32,000 bases of DNA, taken from sequence record KM058087.1. One strand, given 5' to 3'. The notes below the pieces were generated by a model. It saw nothing but the letters and a program-made list of their open reading frames with translations. It made no database searches and was not told the origin of the DNA. This document shows, one piece after another, positions 9,407 to 19,329 of the stretch. A program made the position numbers and the translations under genes. Positions within the stretch are counted from its first letter, which is position 1, and every line of letters begins with the position of its first letter. This DNA is from Cronobacter phage vB_CsaP_Ss1.

Positions 9407-10066
9407 ATGCCATTAGAGAACGCAACAACGCTGTCTGGATTGGACTCCACTTGGCCTCTTGGTCTGGACAGCGCATCCCGTGGTGATGACCACTTGCGTC
9501 TTCTGAAGGCTGTACTCAAGGCACAATTCCCTGGCGCTGGTGGCCAGGGTTTTTCCAAGCCTATTACAGTCACTGAAGACGAGCTGAACGCCCTGCCTCA
9601 ACAGGTGGCAGATATTACCGGAAAGATGTTCCCTGTGGGGACAGTCGTATTCCGAATGGACAATAAGAACCCTGCGACCATCTATGGTGGTACGTGGAGT
9701 TTGATTACAGGTGATGCTACAATCACCTTTGGCAATGGGGCTGCGCAGACAGGCGGAGTAACTGGTTCAAATACCGTTGCTGTTCCACTGCCAGCTCATG
9801 ACCATGGTACAACGCATAACCTTGGCACTACCACTAATGGTAACCATAACCATGCTATCCGAACTGGTAGTCAGCGTATGTCAATCGACGACGTTCGCGG
9901 CAACTGGTTCCGTGATACAAACCTGCTTAACTATACTGAGTATGCAGGCGACCATAACCATGGCATCACAGGCGGCGTATCTGTTCTCCCAGCTGGAACT
10001 GCAAACGCAACAATTAACGTAGCTGGCGCACGTATCGCTATCAACGTCTGGCGTCGTACTGCCTAA
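9407..10066 (+). CDS. tail fibre / collar-domain protein
   Basis: 219 aa; histidine pairs 'HDHGTTHN...NHNHA...GDHNHG' typical of metal-binding collar/short-fibre domains. Confidence 0.7.
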   Translation: MPLENATTLSGLDSTWPLGLDSASRGDDHLRLLKAVLKAQFPGAGGQGFSKPITVTEDELNALPQQVADITGKMFPVGTVVFRMDNKNPATIYGGTWSLITGDATITFGNGAAQTGGVTGSNTVAVPLPAHDHGTTHNLGTTTNGNHNHAIRTGSQRMSIDDVRGNWFRDTNLLNYTEYAGDHNHGITGGVSVLPAGTANATINVAGARIAINVWRRTA

Positions 10067-10076
10067 GGAGAAACAG

Positions 10077-11648
10077 ATGCCATTGTATCCGGTTAGTAAC
10101 TATGCAATGGCAGGTATGAACTCTGACCTGATTCCTTCTGACGTCAAGTTTAACTTCTTGACTGATGCAAAGAACATCAGGTCAGTCTCCGGTGGTATCT
10201 CTCCTTTTGGTGGATACACCGGAATGTTCAATCTGCCTGCTGGCAAAGATGCCCATGAGTTAGCATTCATTGACTCAGGGCAAGAGCGTTTCTGGTTGGT
10301 ATGTTGCGCCAATGCAATCTATCGTATTGAGGCAGCATTGCTGGATGTATCATACTCTGGCATGACTACTATTGGTGATAGCACCAAGTGGTCTGTAACT
10401 GATTTGTCAGGCGTACCAGTCATTAACCACCCTGAAACAAACCCTGTGTACATGACACAGGCGATGCTTAAGTTTGAACCACTCCCATGGAAGTCTGGTC
10501 AGACTTGGAAGCAGGCAAACCAGGCGTGCTATCTGATGATTGCGCACAAGCAGTTCCTGTTTGCTTTGGGTTGTGTTGACAACGGGAAGTATATTCCTGA
10601 CTCAATCCGTTGGTCGTCTGTAGCGGATATTGGCGGTGTTCCTTCAACATGGGACCCACTGGATACTACAAACGTTGCAGGTTATACTCAGCTTGGTGGC
10701 TCAGGTGGTGCGATTGTTGGTGCTCTTCCGCTGCGTGACTCGCTGATCATTTATCGCACCCATGGCATCAGTGTTATCGACTACATTGGTGGTACTTACA
10801 TCTGGCGTATTCGTCACCTGAACTCCAACATCGGTCTGTTGGCGAACAACGCAGTAGTTGATGTTCGTGGTACTCACTATCTGATGTCTGATGGTGATGT
10901 TTATAAGACTGATGGTAACACAATCATTTCGATTGCAGATAAGCGCATGAAGAAGCGCTTTAACTCAATCAACAAGTCTTTGTTTAAGACTTGCTATGCA
11001 CTACACAATCCACCTAACAGTGAGATTCTGTTTGTGCTTCCAAAGGCTGGCAGCACTTACGCGGATATTGCGTTTGTGTACAATTATGAGTATGACAGCT
11101 GGTATACTCGTGACATGCCATTGAACGTTCGCTCTAAGTTTGGCATGGCAATTGGTAAGCCAAACAACTGGGATGTGTTAGCAACGAGCTGGGACGGCTG
11201 GTCTACTCCATGGGACCAGGATAGCACAACGCCGTTCGATAACCTCGTAATGTGTCTTATGCCTATGGAGGATAAGACTAGCACAACTCAAATACCGAAA
11301 TTAGTTAGCCTAAGCTCTATTTTAGGTACTAATGAGGTCACGTTCGATAGTATAATAGAGAGGACGGATTTAGTTTTAGAGGACTTGGACACCGCAACTA
11401 CTATCCAACAAATATATCCTCACTGTCAGTCTGCGAACAAAGTGTTGATACAAGTTGGAAGTCAGCCGAGTCCAGGTGCTCCAGTAACGTGGAAGCCCGC
11501 TGTTGAGTTTGACCCAAACACTCAGCGCAAGGTTGATATGCGTACCACTGGTGTATTACACGCATATCGTATCACTGTTAAGAACGTCAAAACTGATTTC
11601 ACTATCTCTGGTATTGACATTCTGTATACGAAGGCAGGTAGACGATGA
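10077..11648 (+). CDS. tail protein (P22 gp10/stabilisation-like, putative)
   Basis: 523 aa; 'ISPFGGYTGMF...WSSVADIGGVPSTWDP...GISVIDYIGG' beta-propeller-like podovirus tail protein pattern. Confidence 0.55.
   Translation: MPLYPVSNYAMAGMNSDLIPSDVKFNFLTDAKNIRSVSGGISPFGGYTGMFNLPAGKDAHELAFIDSGQERFWLVCCANAIYRIEAALLDVSYSGMTTIGDSTKWSVTDLSGVPVINHPETNPVYMTQAMLKFEPLPWKSGQTWKQANQACYLMIAHKQFLFALGCVDNGKYIPDSIRWSSVADIGGVPSTWDPLDTTNVAGYTQLGGSGGAIVGALPLRDSLIIYRTHGISVIDYIGGTYIWRIRHLNSNIGLLANNAVVDVRGTHYLMSDGDVYKTDGNTIISIADKRMKKRFNSINKSLFKTCYALHNPPNSEILFVLPKAGSTYADIAFVYNYEYDSWYTRDMPLNVRSKFGMAIGKPNNWDVLATSWDGWSTPWDQDSTTPFDNLVMCLMPMEDKTSTTQIPKLVSLSSILGTNEVTFDSIIERTDLVLEDLDTATTIQQIYPHCQSANKVLIQVGSQPSPGAPVTWKPAVEFDPNTQRKVDMRTTGVLHAYRITVKNVKTDFTISGIDILYTKAGRR
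11291..11389. other. CA/TG-depleted island 2 (inside tail-protein CDS), weakest member
   Basis: 99 bp with 1 CA and 2 TG; codons TTA, CTA, ATA, AGG, GAG unusually clustered. Confidence 0.5.
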
Positions 11649-11824
11649 ACAACCCTAATGCTTTGGCAACAGGCATCGCAATTGAAGCACCGCCTGCTAC
11701 GTTGCCGATTGAGGCTCAGGATTATCTGCATCGCTTAGCGATTCAAATCTCAGGCCAGTTCAATAACATGGAAAAGGAAATACAAAAGTTACAACAACGT
11801 GTCAAGGTACTGGAGGGGCCATGA
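11645..11824 (+). CDS. small hypothetical coiled-coil protein
   Basis: 59 aa MNNPNALATGIAIEAPPATLPIEAQDYLHRLAIQISGQFNNMEKEIQKLQQRVKVLEGP read directly from the sequence; overlaps both neighbours (ATGA at 11821). Absent from the ORF track because of its length. Confidence 0.6.
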   Translation: MNNPNALATGIAIEAPPATLPIEAQDYLHRLAIQISGQFNNMEKEIQKLQQRVKVLEGP

Positions 11825-12240
11825 TTCACATTCAATTCCCTCCGCCTGAACTTGCCATCCAGCATTGGGATGAACTGTATGCTTTCATGAAGCTTGCTGT
11901 TGATCACTCCAATGGTGAGCTGGATGAAGTTAGTTGCAAGAATCAGGTGGAGGATGGTGACTTGTTAGTAGCTGCTGTATACGATGATTCAACTCTCGTT
12001 GCAGTAGTGTGCTTTGAGCTGTTGCTATTTACAACTGGAAAGCGAGCGCTGAACATTCAGCTCGCTGGTGGGGCAAGTCTCGATGACTGGTTTGAGCGAA
12101 TGGATGAAGTGTCCAATATGCTTGCTAAGGCAAGAGAATGCTCTGAAGTATACATCGTTGGCCGCGCTGGCTGGCAGCGTAAACTGAAACAGCTGGGCTA
12201 CAAAGTGGCCCATACTGTATTACACAAAGAGGTGAAATGA
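11821..12240 (+). CDS. GNAT-like acetyltransferase-fold virion-module protein
   Basis: 139 aa; C-terminal 'VYIVGRAGWQRKLKQLGYKVAHTVLHKEVK' resembles phage GNAT-like proteins. Confidence 0.5.
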   Translation: MIHIQFPPPELAIQHWDELYAFMKLAVDHSNGELDEVSCKNQVEDGDLLVAAVYDDSTLVAVVCFELLLFTTGKRALNIQLAGGASLDDWFERMDEVSNMLAKARECSEVYIVGRAGWQRKLKQLGYKVAHTVLHKEVK

Positions 12241-13082
12241 TGGGTGGATCACTCGGTGGAAGCAAGAGCGGAAGCTCTAGCAGCTCAAGCCAGAACGTAA
12301 TGAGCCAGCAGATTCCATTCCTCCAGCAGCTGTGGGGTATGGCCACTGGCAACGTCGGTCAGAATGACTATATCAATCAAATTGGAAACTCTGCGCAAAA
12401 TAGCCAGGACTTGCTGAACAGCCTTTTTGGCAGTCAGTCTGGTTTACAAAACCAGCTTGCTAGTGGTGGTGCGTATGGCGATAGCCAGCAGTATATCGAC
12501 AAGCTGCTTAACTCTATGGGTGGACGTTCTAACGTTGGCTCCATGTATGAGAGTATTGTTGGTGGCTCTGGCAACAGCTATGTAGACCCGCTGATTGACC
12601 GGATGCGCAGCGACTCTGCTCAGAACCTGGCAACACTACAGAACGCCAACTCTCTGGATGCCACTGCGGCAGGCCAGAGCGGAAGTAGCCGTCAGGCAAT
12701 GCAGAACGCCATGCTTGGTTCTCAGGTTAACAAAGACCTGGCTACTCAGGAAGCTGCTCTGCGCCAGGGTTCTTATGACACTGACCTCGGCCTTAAAATG
12801 GGCATTGCCCAACAGGCAGATAGCAACCGTCAGGCAGAGCAAGACCGCCTGCTTAGCATGATTCAGGGTTCACAAGACTCTATGAATAATGCTAGCAATA
12901 TGGGCAGTCTGCTTCAAAGCCTGGCAACAGGCGGCGTTGATAACTGGCTCAAGGCTCAGCAGGGTTCTTGGAATCCTCTCAACAACCTGGCTAATATTAT
13001 TGGAAATCCTACCATCCTTGGCAAAAGCTCTGGCAGCAGCAAGTCCAAAGGCTTTGGTACTTCTGGCTCTATCTGGGGGTAA
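12237..13082 (+). CDS. putative internal virion protein
   Basis: 281 aa Ser/Gly/Gln-rich, located in ejection-protein block. Confidence 0.5.
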   Translation: MMGGSLGGSKSGSSSSSSQNVMSQQIPFLQQLWGMATGNVGQNDYINQIGNSAQNSQDLLNSLFGSQSGLQNQLASGGAYGDSQQYIDKLLNSMGGRSNVGSMYESIVGGSGNSYVDPLIDRMRSDSAQNLATLQNANSLDATAAGQSGSSRQAMQNAMLGSQVNKDLATQEAALRQGSYDTDLGLKMGIAQQADSNRQAEQDRLLSMIQGSQDSMNNASNMGSLLQSLATGGVDNWLKAQQGSWNPLNNLANIIGNPTILGKSSGSSKSKGFGTSGSIWG

Positions 13083-13085
13083 TAA

Positions 13086-13376
13086 ATGTTACAGTTTCTT
13101 CCTATGTTACTCAAAGGTGTTGGTGGGGCTGGTGGTGCTGCTGCTGGCAAAGCTGGTGGTGGCCTGGCAGAACAGTTTATGGGGGCGCTTGGCGCAAGTG
13201 GCTCCCCAAACCAGTCGAATAAGCAGATTGGTATGCAGTTTGCTAATGCTGGTTTGCAGGCGCCGCAGATTCCAACTGTTCCGCTGATGCAAGACCAGAA
13301 CCAGCAGACCATACAGCGTCAGGCTCCACAGACGTTTAACCCTCTGCTACAGATGCTGTTGAACGGAGGCAAGTAA
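13086..13376 (+). CDS. small Gly/Ala-rich virion-module protein
   Basis: 96 aa, coupled with neighbours. Confidence 0.55.
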   Translation: MLQFLPMLLKGVGGAGGAAAGKAGGGLAEQFMGALGASGSPNQSNKQIGMQFANAGLQAPQIPTVPLMQDQNQQTIQRQAPQTFNPLLQMLLNGGK

Positions 13377-14464
13377 TGGCCGGACTGATTGATTCATTCA
13401 TGCAAGGCTACATCAACCGTGTCAATGCACAGAACGGTGGTGGGCGTGCAGCAAACAATACTCTGGCTGCTCAGAATACTGCTAGTGCCTTCCAGCGCTT
13501 GCAGGATGCTATCAGTCAGGACTATAGCCAGCAACAGGCACAGGCTAAGGCAGCTGGTCAGGAATGGAAGATGCCTTCGCCGACTGAGCGCTTCAATGAT
13601 CAGGTACAGGCGATGATTCTGAGCGGAGACCCTGCTCTGCAAGAACGTGGCCTGGCCCTGATGACTCCAGATGCAATGGATAAACCAACTGACTTCCAGC
13701 GCAACTTTGAGTACTTGAAGCAGGCTAACCCTAACCTGTCTGAGATGGAGTATTTCAAAATGCTTCATCCTGGTCCAGCTAGCACTAACGTTAGGGTTAA
13801 CATTCCTAAACAGGAACAGATGGTTAGCATTGAGGACTCTCAGAAAATATTTATGCCTGATGGTTCGCATCCACCAATTGGCATGACGTATTCTGATGTC
13901 GCAAGACTTGGTGGACGCTCTGCTGAGACTTCTGACCAGTCCAAAGCAGGTCAGGCAACTGATACTCTTGGCGGCTCTATGAAGGTAATCCGTGAGAACA
14001 TAAATGCTTCTCCAACTCCTGTTGGCGGTGCTGTTACGGCATTACGTACGCAGCCTGGTATCATGGGTCAGGTTATTAACACCGTAGCTAACGTAGCTGG
14101 TGTTCCAATGAAGCAGACTGATGTTCAGTTCCAGAATGCTACTCGAATGGCAACTGGTCAGGTTACTAACCTTATGAACGGTGCTGGTGCTTCTGAAGGT
14201 GAACGAGATTATTGGGCAACGTTGCAGCCTCTGCCAACTGATGACCAAATGACTCGTCGTGTTAAGTTCAACCAACAGAATGATTTCATTCGTAACATGA
14301 CAGAGCGTGCTCGCGCACGTGGTGTGCAGGTTCCAGAGTATAATGTTGAAAACTTGCCAATTAAGCAACCTAGCAAGCCTTCAGCTCCTCAGGCTCCTCA
14401 GGCTCCTAAAGCAGCTCAGACTCGAACCACTAAGTCTGGCGTAACTTATACAGTGGAGAAATAA
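13376..14464 (+). CDS. putative internal / DNA-ejection protein
   Basis: 362 aa helical Gln-rich protein, adjacent to larger internal protein. Confidence 0.5.
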   Translation: MAGLIDSFMQGYINRVNAQNGGGRAANNTLAAQNTASAFQRLQDAISQDYSQQQAQAKAAGQEWKMPSPTERFNDQVQAMILSGDPALQERGLALMTPDAMDKPTDFQRNFEYLKQANPNLSEMEYFKMLHPGPASTNVRVNIPKQEQMVSIEDSQKIFMPDGSHPPIGMTYSDVARLGGRSAETSDQSKAGQATDTLGGSMKVIRENINASPTPVGGAVTALRTQPGIMGQVINTVANVAGVPMKQTDVQFQNATRMATGQVTNLMNGAGASEGERDYWATLQPLPTDDQMTRRVKFNQQNDFIRNMTERARARGVQVPEYNVENLPIKQPSKPSAPQAPQAPKAAQTRTTKSGVTYTVEK

Positions 14465-16489
14465 ATGCCTACCATTACTATGCAGGATGGTGCTAAGATC
14501 ACTCTGCCAGATGGGGCCACTGATGAACAAATTCAAGAAGCTGCTGAAGATTATGCAGCTAGCTTGAACGCTGCCCCTGAGGGGGCAGCTTCATCACTGT
14601 CACCAGAGCAGCTTGATAAAATGTTGCCTGTTAACAAGCCTACTAATATGGGTGCTATGCCTAATGGTGCTCCGCTTCCTTATGGCATGGACCCAAAACT
14701 CATTGAGGCTCAGAACCAAGCAAACGCGCAGGAGAACCAGCGCAATGCAGAAATCCGTTCTCAGCCATCTATGATTGATAAAATTGCAGCTGCTGATAAG
14801 GAGGGCTGGCTTAAAGGTATTGGCAAAGGCATCCTTGATACCGCAAATGAGTTCGGGCAAGGCGCGGAAGATTTGGTTGATAAGTATCTTCCTGAGTCAG
14901 TATCAAATGTTCTTAACTATAGACCATTTGGTGAAAATGGACTGACGCCAGACCAGCGTATGGAACGACGCAAAGGTGAGATGCAGGAAAGCAATGATGA
15001 CAAATTGATTCGCTCTATTGCCAATCCAGTATCAACTACTGTTGGCAATATGCTTCCGTATCTTGCTACTGGTATGGCTGGTGAAAGAGCAATTGATGCA
15101 GTATCAAGCATTGTCTCTCCTATCACCAAGCGCCTTGCTATGAAAGGCCTGGATAAAGTTGCGCCTAGCTATGCATCTCACCTTCGAGAGAAGCCGCCTG
15201 TCACTGGTGACTTCATGACTCGAACTGGTTACATGGCAAAGGCACCAATTATCGGCGGAATGGAAGGTGCTGTTAACTATAATCAGAACGCTACTGAAGG
15301 CGCTCTGTTCTCTGCTGCTGGTGCTGGGCTTGGCATGATTGGGCCGCTGGGTCGTTTGTCTCGTGTTGAGAACATTCGTGATGATGCTCAAAGAGCAACA
15401 ATCAACGATATGTATGAAAAAGGATTTAGCATAACTCCTGGTGTTAGAACTGGCAATACTGCTATGCAGACTGAGGAAGCTGGTATCAGGAACAGCGACA
15501 CATTTGGCCCGTATTACCACCAAAACGTTACTCGACCAAATCAGCAGAAGATTACTGAGATGGTTGGTGAAACAATGGGTCTCAATGGTAAGAATCGAGA
15601 CTCATGGAGCCAGGCGGAGCTTGATAATCATCTCAATAGTTTGAGCAATGAATATAAGACTCTTGAGAGCAATACCACTGGCGTTATCGGTCGCCAGCAG
15701 GCTAAGGCTATGGCTGATGCTATGAATGAGCTTAAGCCTACTGCTGGCAAAAATACCACAACCCGTGATCAGCAAAACTACAACCAGATTCGTAGTGTTG
15801 TTAATCAGATTCAAGCAGAGACTAATAAGCTGTATGTCGCTGGTGCTCCAACGATGCGTCAGTTTGATGGGTCTAAGTATCAGCAACTTCGACAACGTAT
15901 TCAGTCTGAGGCAGCTGACGCCTTCAAGAACGGAAACACCGCTCTTGGTAATGGCCTGAAAAAGATTCAAGTAGCTCTTGATGATTCACTTCAGGCTGGT
16001 ATGGATAAGGCCACTGCTGCACACTGGAAGGATTTGAACGAACGATATGCAATGACCAACTTGGTCATGAAACATGGTATGACTCCAAATGGGATGATTG
16101 ACCCGCAGAGGATTTCCCATAAGATGATGCAAGGTGATGAAGCAATTCGTACCCTTACTGGTCGTGGCGGTCGTATCACCAAACTTCAGGATGTTGCTCG
16201 TTATAATGATATTTTAAACAATGTCGCAGGTGGTAGCTTGACAGGTCTTGGTTCCGCTGATTACGGCGCAGACAGGGCACTTGTCAAGGCTCCATGGAAA
16301 TATCGACTTCCATTGGCACCTCGCGCTCGTGTTGCATACAGATTGAGTCAGGCTCCTACTTGGGGTCTTGGTCCAACTTCTGGTGCTCAAGTAGGCCGTG
16401 CATTTTCTCAGACTGAGCCTGCTGACAAAGCATATGAAGCTGCTAAGATGGGTGTTGAGGGTCTTATCAAAAAACTGAGAGGTGAATGA
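14465..16489 (+). CDS. putative large internal / DNA-ejection protein
   Basis: 674 aa; N-terminus 'ITMQDGAKITLPDGATDEQIQEAAEDYA' followed by a helical region with hydrophobic glycine-rich stretch. Confidence 0.5.
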   Translation: MPTITMQDGAKITLPDGATDEQIQEAAEDYAASLNAAPEGAASSLSPEQLDKMLPVNKPTNMGAMPNGAPLPYGMDPKLIEAQNQANAQENQRNAEIRSQPSMIDKIAAADKEGWLKGIGKGILDTANEFGQGAEDLVDKYLPESVSNVLNYRPFGENGLTPDQRMERRKGEMQESNDDKLIRSIANPVSTTVGNMLPYLATGMAGERAIDAVSSIVSPITKRLAMKGLDKVAPSYASHLREKPPVTGDFMTRTGYMAKAPIIGGMEGAVNYNQNATEGALFSAAGAGLGMIGPLGRLSRVENIRDDAQRATINDMYEKGFSITPGVRTGNTAMQTEEAGIRNSDTFGPYYHQNVTRPNQQKITEMVGETMGLNGKNRDSWSQAELDNHLNSLSNEYKTLESNTTGVIGRQQAKAMADAMNELKPTAGKNTTTRDQQNYNQIRSVVNQIQAETNKLYVAGAPTMRQFDGSKYQQLRQRIQSEAADAFKNGNTALGNGLKKIQVALDDSLQAGMDKATAAHWKDLNERYAMTNLVMKHGMTPNGMIDPQRISHKMMQGDEAIRTLTGRGGRITKLQDVARYNDILNNVAGGSLTGLGSADYGADRALVKAPWKYRLPLAPRARVAYRLSQAPTWGLGPTSGAQVGRAFSQTEPADKAYEAAKMGVEGLIKKLRGE

Positions 16490-16785
16490 TGGAATTTAAA
16501 CTGAATGGCAATGGTGCTAACAACACTGGCATCATCTGGCTGAATGCAGATAGTGACAATTTCAAAGTCTCTATCATGGCAGTGCCAGCAGGGGCATTTA
16601 ATGGAACTATCAATGTCGAATATAGCCCTAATGGTATTGACTGGTTCCCTCATGCTGACATGACTGGCTTGACTGCCAAGACAGCTGGCAACCTGTTCTT
16701 CCCTGTTCCGGCTATGCGTGTCTCTGTAGCAGGCGGCACTAAGGGCACAGTTAGCGTACATGTATTTGGGAGTCTTTCATTATGA
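16486..16785 (+). CDS. small beta-rich virion protein
   Basis: 99 aa, ATG overlaps previous stop. Confidence 0.55.
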   Translation: MMEFKLNGNGANNTGIIWLNADSDNFKVSIMAVPAGAFNGTINVEYSPNGIDWFPHADMTGLTAKTAGNLFFPVPAMRVSVAGGTKGTVSVHVFGSLSL

Positions 16786-17369
16786 CAGATAAGCTGGCTC
16801 TACCTGTACATGGGCTGGCGCTTGATACAAGCGGAGGTGGCAGTGGTCCTGTGCCTATTACCAAGAACATCACCTTTGGTTTTAATGGTGATATCACTGG
16901 TGTAAGCACTGATACCTTTGGCAACCTGTACATGCTGTACAATGCGCCTGGTACTAGCACTACTGATGAGCCTGCATTTATGCGGGCTATGCAGGATGAT
17001 GTGCTGAAGAAGGTTTCCATCGCAGTTGGCGCTGCTGTTACTGGCACTGTTACCACAGCGCTGTATTCAGCAGATAGCATTGGCGGGCCATGGACTCTTG
17101 TTCAGAAGATTGATATTGCTGCTGCTCCAACTGGCACCAATATCTATGTTAGCAGCGATGTTAACATTCCTCTGACCAAAGGCAAGTATTACTTCCTGGC
17201 TGTGAACAGTGCTACAGTTGAGTTGGTTCAGCTGGCTGCTACTGGAGGGTTCAAACGTTGGACTGCTGCAGCTGGCGAGGCGCCTGCTACACTAGCGGAT
17301 GCCGATAGCTCTGGTTCTGCTTATGTCGCCTACTTATATGGCACAGTAGCTCGAATTACCAACCCATAA
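16782..17369 (+). CDS. putative tail / decoration-type protein
   Basis: 195 aa beta-rich ORF, last of rightward block. Confidence 0.55.
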   Translation: MTDKLALPVHGLALDTSGGGSGPVPITKNITFGFNGDITGVSTDTFGNLYMLYNAPGTSTTDEPAFMRAMQDDVLKKVSIAVGAAVTGTVTTALYSADSIGGPWTLVQKIDIAAAPTGTNIYVSSDVNIPLTKGKYYFLAVNSATVELVQLAATGGFKRWTAAAGEAPATLADADSSGSAYVAYLYGTVARITNP

Positions 17370-17398
17370 AAAAAAGGCTCCCTATTGGGAGCCTTTTC
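17370..17398. terminator. bidirectional terminator at convergent gene junction
   Basis: Poly-A, GGCTCCC-TATT-GGGAGCC, TTTT; lies between converging blocks. Confidence 0.9.
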
Positions 17399-17400
17399 AT

Positions 17401-18537
17401 TTACTCATAATCACGTATTGCAGTTGCTACACAATGGAATGGAAGTCCATCTTCTGTCCAATAAGCAAACTGTACAGTGACATTCTTGCCAATGTAATCA
17501 TGCTTGTTATTCAGGACGTGACGTTTGAAGGTTACATCACCTGGGCAGCTAACAGTGAAAGGTTTCCCGTTAGGTGCCAAGCAATGCAGGATTGCCCATC
17601 CATCTGCTGACGGCTGAATGTCAACAATTGGGAACTCCTGGTCTTCCCACAACTTGAGTTTGATCAGCGAACCAGAACGCTTACCATCCTCATAACCTAC
17701 CTGTTCCCAGTTGCCCCTGCTCAAAGCGTAGTCAGAGCGGAACATCAGCCCCTCATAACCTCCCGAACGGGCTACCCGTAAAAGTCCGGCTAAATCGACC
17801 GCCGGAGTACCGAAATTAGGGGTACTTTCGGGGGTAAATTTCGACGTTAGGACTAAACGGGTACTAGGGTATAGCTTACCGCTAGAGGCCGCGAAAACGT
17901 CGCGTAGCTCGTTATATCGCGCTGAGAACGGCTCGTCAGATATTAAGTCATACGTATGGAATTCCAGCTTCAGAGTATTCGGCTGAAGGCGCTTGCCCCA
18001 GCTAACAATAGTCTGTAGAGATTGACCATGAACATACAACTCGCCATCAAAAGTATAACCAGCAGGAATGAAACTTTCCAGCGGCTCCAGAATATGCTTG
18101 AGGGTCTTAAACTCTTTGCCATTACGAGTATAAGCAACCAAGCCAGTGCCATCATTGTGAACCAGACATCTGTTGCCATCTAACTTGTTCTGCAAGAAGA
18201 ATGGCTTAGTCATCATCTTCACCATGTCAACGTCTTCTGACTTCTTAGCCAGCATCGGTTTGGCAAAGCCCAAGCGATTCATTGGTTTCATTGTTTCCGC
18301 TTGACGCAGGTCTTCAACATAACCCTTGTCAAGCTGCTTTGAGACGCGAGAGTTTAAGCGGCTTTCAATCTGCTCATCCTGATCACGTCCACCCTTTCCG
18401 AACTCAATGGCTTCATACTGAAATTGAGGGGTGCCGCCAAGCACCCCATGTTCAATCTCTAAGCCATCCGGTTCAGGCCGACAAGTCCAGTAACGAATCT
18501 TGCCAGCATTGTCACGAATGTATAGAGTCTTTTCCAT
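17401..18537 (-). CDS. ATP-dependent DNA ligase with N-terminal WGR-like domain
   Basis: Ligase motif I 'KLDGNRCLV', motif III 'YTFDGELYVHG', motif IV 'EGLMFRS', motif V 'SLIKLKL'; N-terminal 'GKGGRDQDEQIESRLNSRVSKQLDKGY' resembles WGR. Confidence 0.85.
   Translation of the reverse strand: MEKTLYIRDNAGKIRYWTCRPEPDGLEIEHGVLGGTPQFQYEAIEFGKGGRDQDEQIESRLNSRVSKQLDKGYVEDLRQAETMKPMNRLGFAKPMLAKKSEDVDMVKMMTKPFFLQNKLDGNRCLVHNDGTGLVAYTRNGKEFKTLKHILEPLESFIPAGYTFDGELYVHGQSLQTIVSWGKRLQPNTLKLEFHTYDLISDEPFSARYNELRDVFAASSGKLYPSTRLVLTSKFTPESTPNFGTPAVDLAGLLRVARSGGYEGLMFRSDYALSRGNWEQVGYEDGKRSGSLIKLKLWEDQEFPIVDIQPSADGWAILHCLAPNGKPFTVSCPGDVTFKRHVLNNKHDYIGKNVTVQFAYWTEDGLPFHCVATAIRDYE
17756..17922. other. CA/TG-free island 3 (inside DNA ligase CDS), strongest member
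   Basis: 167 bp with no CA and no TG, but about 20 CG and about 19 TA steps. Confidence 0.9.
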
Positions 18538-18980
18538 TATATCTCCAGTGATTCTTTAGGGCCCATGTTATGTGCTTTATATCTATGATAAACTCTATTT
18601 GGATTCTTACCATAAATTTCACACCATTCTTTCATTGGTTTTGAAACACCATCTATCTCAAAGATGATTACACCATTTTGATTTCTTGAGTTGCTAGCAT
18701 GACTGCCATTCTTCAAGTTAACCCATCTGTTATCATCTTTTATTCTATTGTCATGGTCTATAACATCAGGCCATTCACCAGTCATGTAATACCATGCCAA
18801 TCTGTGTGCTAGATACTTTACGCCATCAATGCTTATCTCAATGTATCCAGAATTCTTCCTTCCTGCAATTTTCCCTTTCTTTGCGTTGCGATTGATAGTA
18901 TACTTCCAAGTAAAGACCCCTGTTAAGGGGTCATAATGTAAGCAACCTTTCAATCCAACAGGTGGATTCTTAGCGCTCAT
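18537..18980 (-). CDS. HNH-type homing endonuclease (I)
   Basis: ORF with 'AHRLAWYYMTGEWPDVIDHDNRIKDDNRWVNLKNGSHASNSRNQ'; start moved to ATG at 18980 (MSAKNPPVG) overlapping the upstream stop. Confidence 0.85.
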   Translation of the reverse strand: MSAKNPPVGLKGCLHYDPLTGVFTWKYTINRNAKKGKIAGRKNSGYIEISIDGVKYLAHRLAWYYMTGEWPDVIDHDNRIKDDNRWVNLKNGSHASNSRNQNGVIIFEIDGVSKPMKEWCEIYGKNPNRVYHRYKAHNMGPKESLEI

Positions 18981-19329
18981 CACCTTCACCATTGAGAACA
19001 TTACGCTCTTTGCGGTCTTGCAGCTTGAACAGGTTCTCTTCAGCGATATGATTAGGAGACATGCAGAGAGCATTACACAACACCGCCCACTGCCAAAGAA
19101 CATCCCCCATTTCTTTCTTGATGGCAGCACGAAGCTCTGCTACTGCCTGTGTTTCAGGATTGGCAATCGCATTGATTACCTCTTCAACAGACATGTCATT
19201 CTTGCGACCAAACTTCGCAATCTTGCCCATGACTTCACCAACCTCCTCACCCAGCGCTACCAGCGGATAGTCATTGCGGGTGAATACTGCGGTTTGTTGT
19301 GCTTTAACTGCATACATGTTAAGTTCCAT
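18970..19329 (-). CDS. MazG-like nucleotide pyrophosphohydrolase
   Basis: 119 aa; 'LGEEVGEVMGKIAKFGRK...IKKEMGDVLWQWAVLCNAL' with EExxE and ExxD motifs. Confidence 0.85.
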   Translation of the reverse strand: MELNMYAVKAQQTAVFTRNDYPLVALGEEVGEVMGKIAKFGRKNDMSVEEVINAIANPETQAVAELRAAIKKEMGDVLWQWAVLCNALCMSPNHIAEENLFKLQDRKERNVLNGEGDER

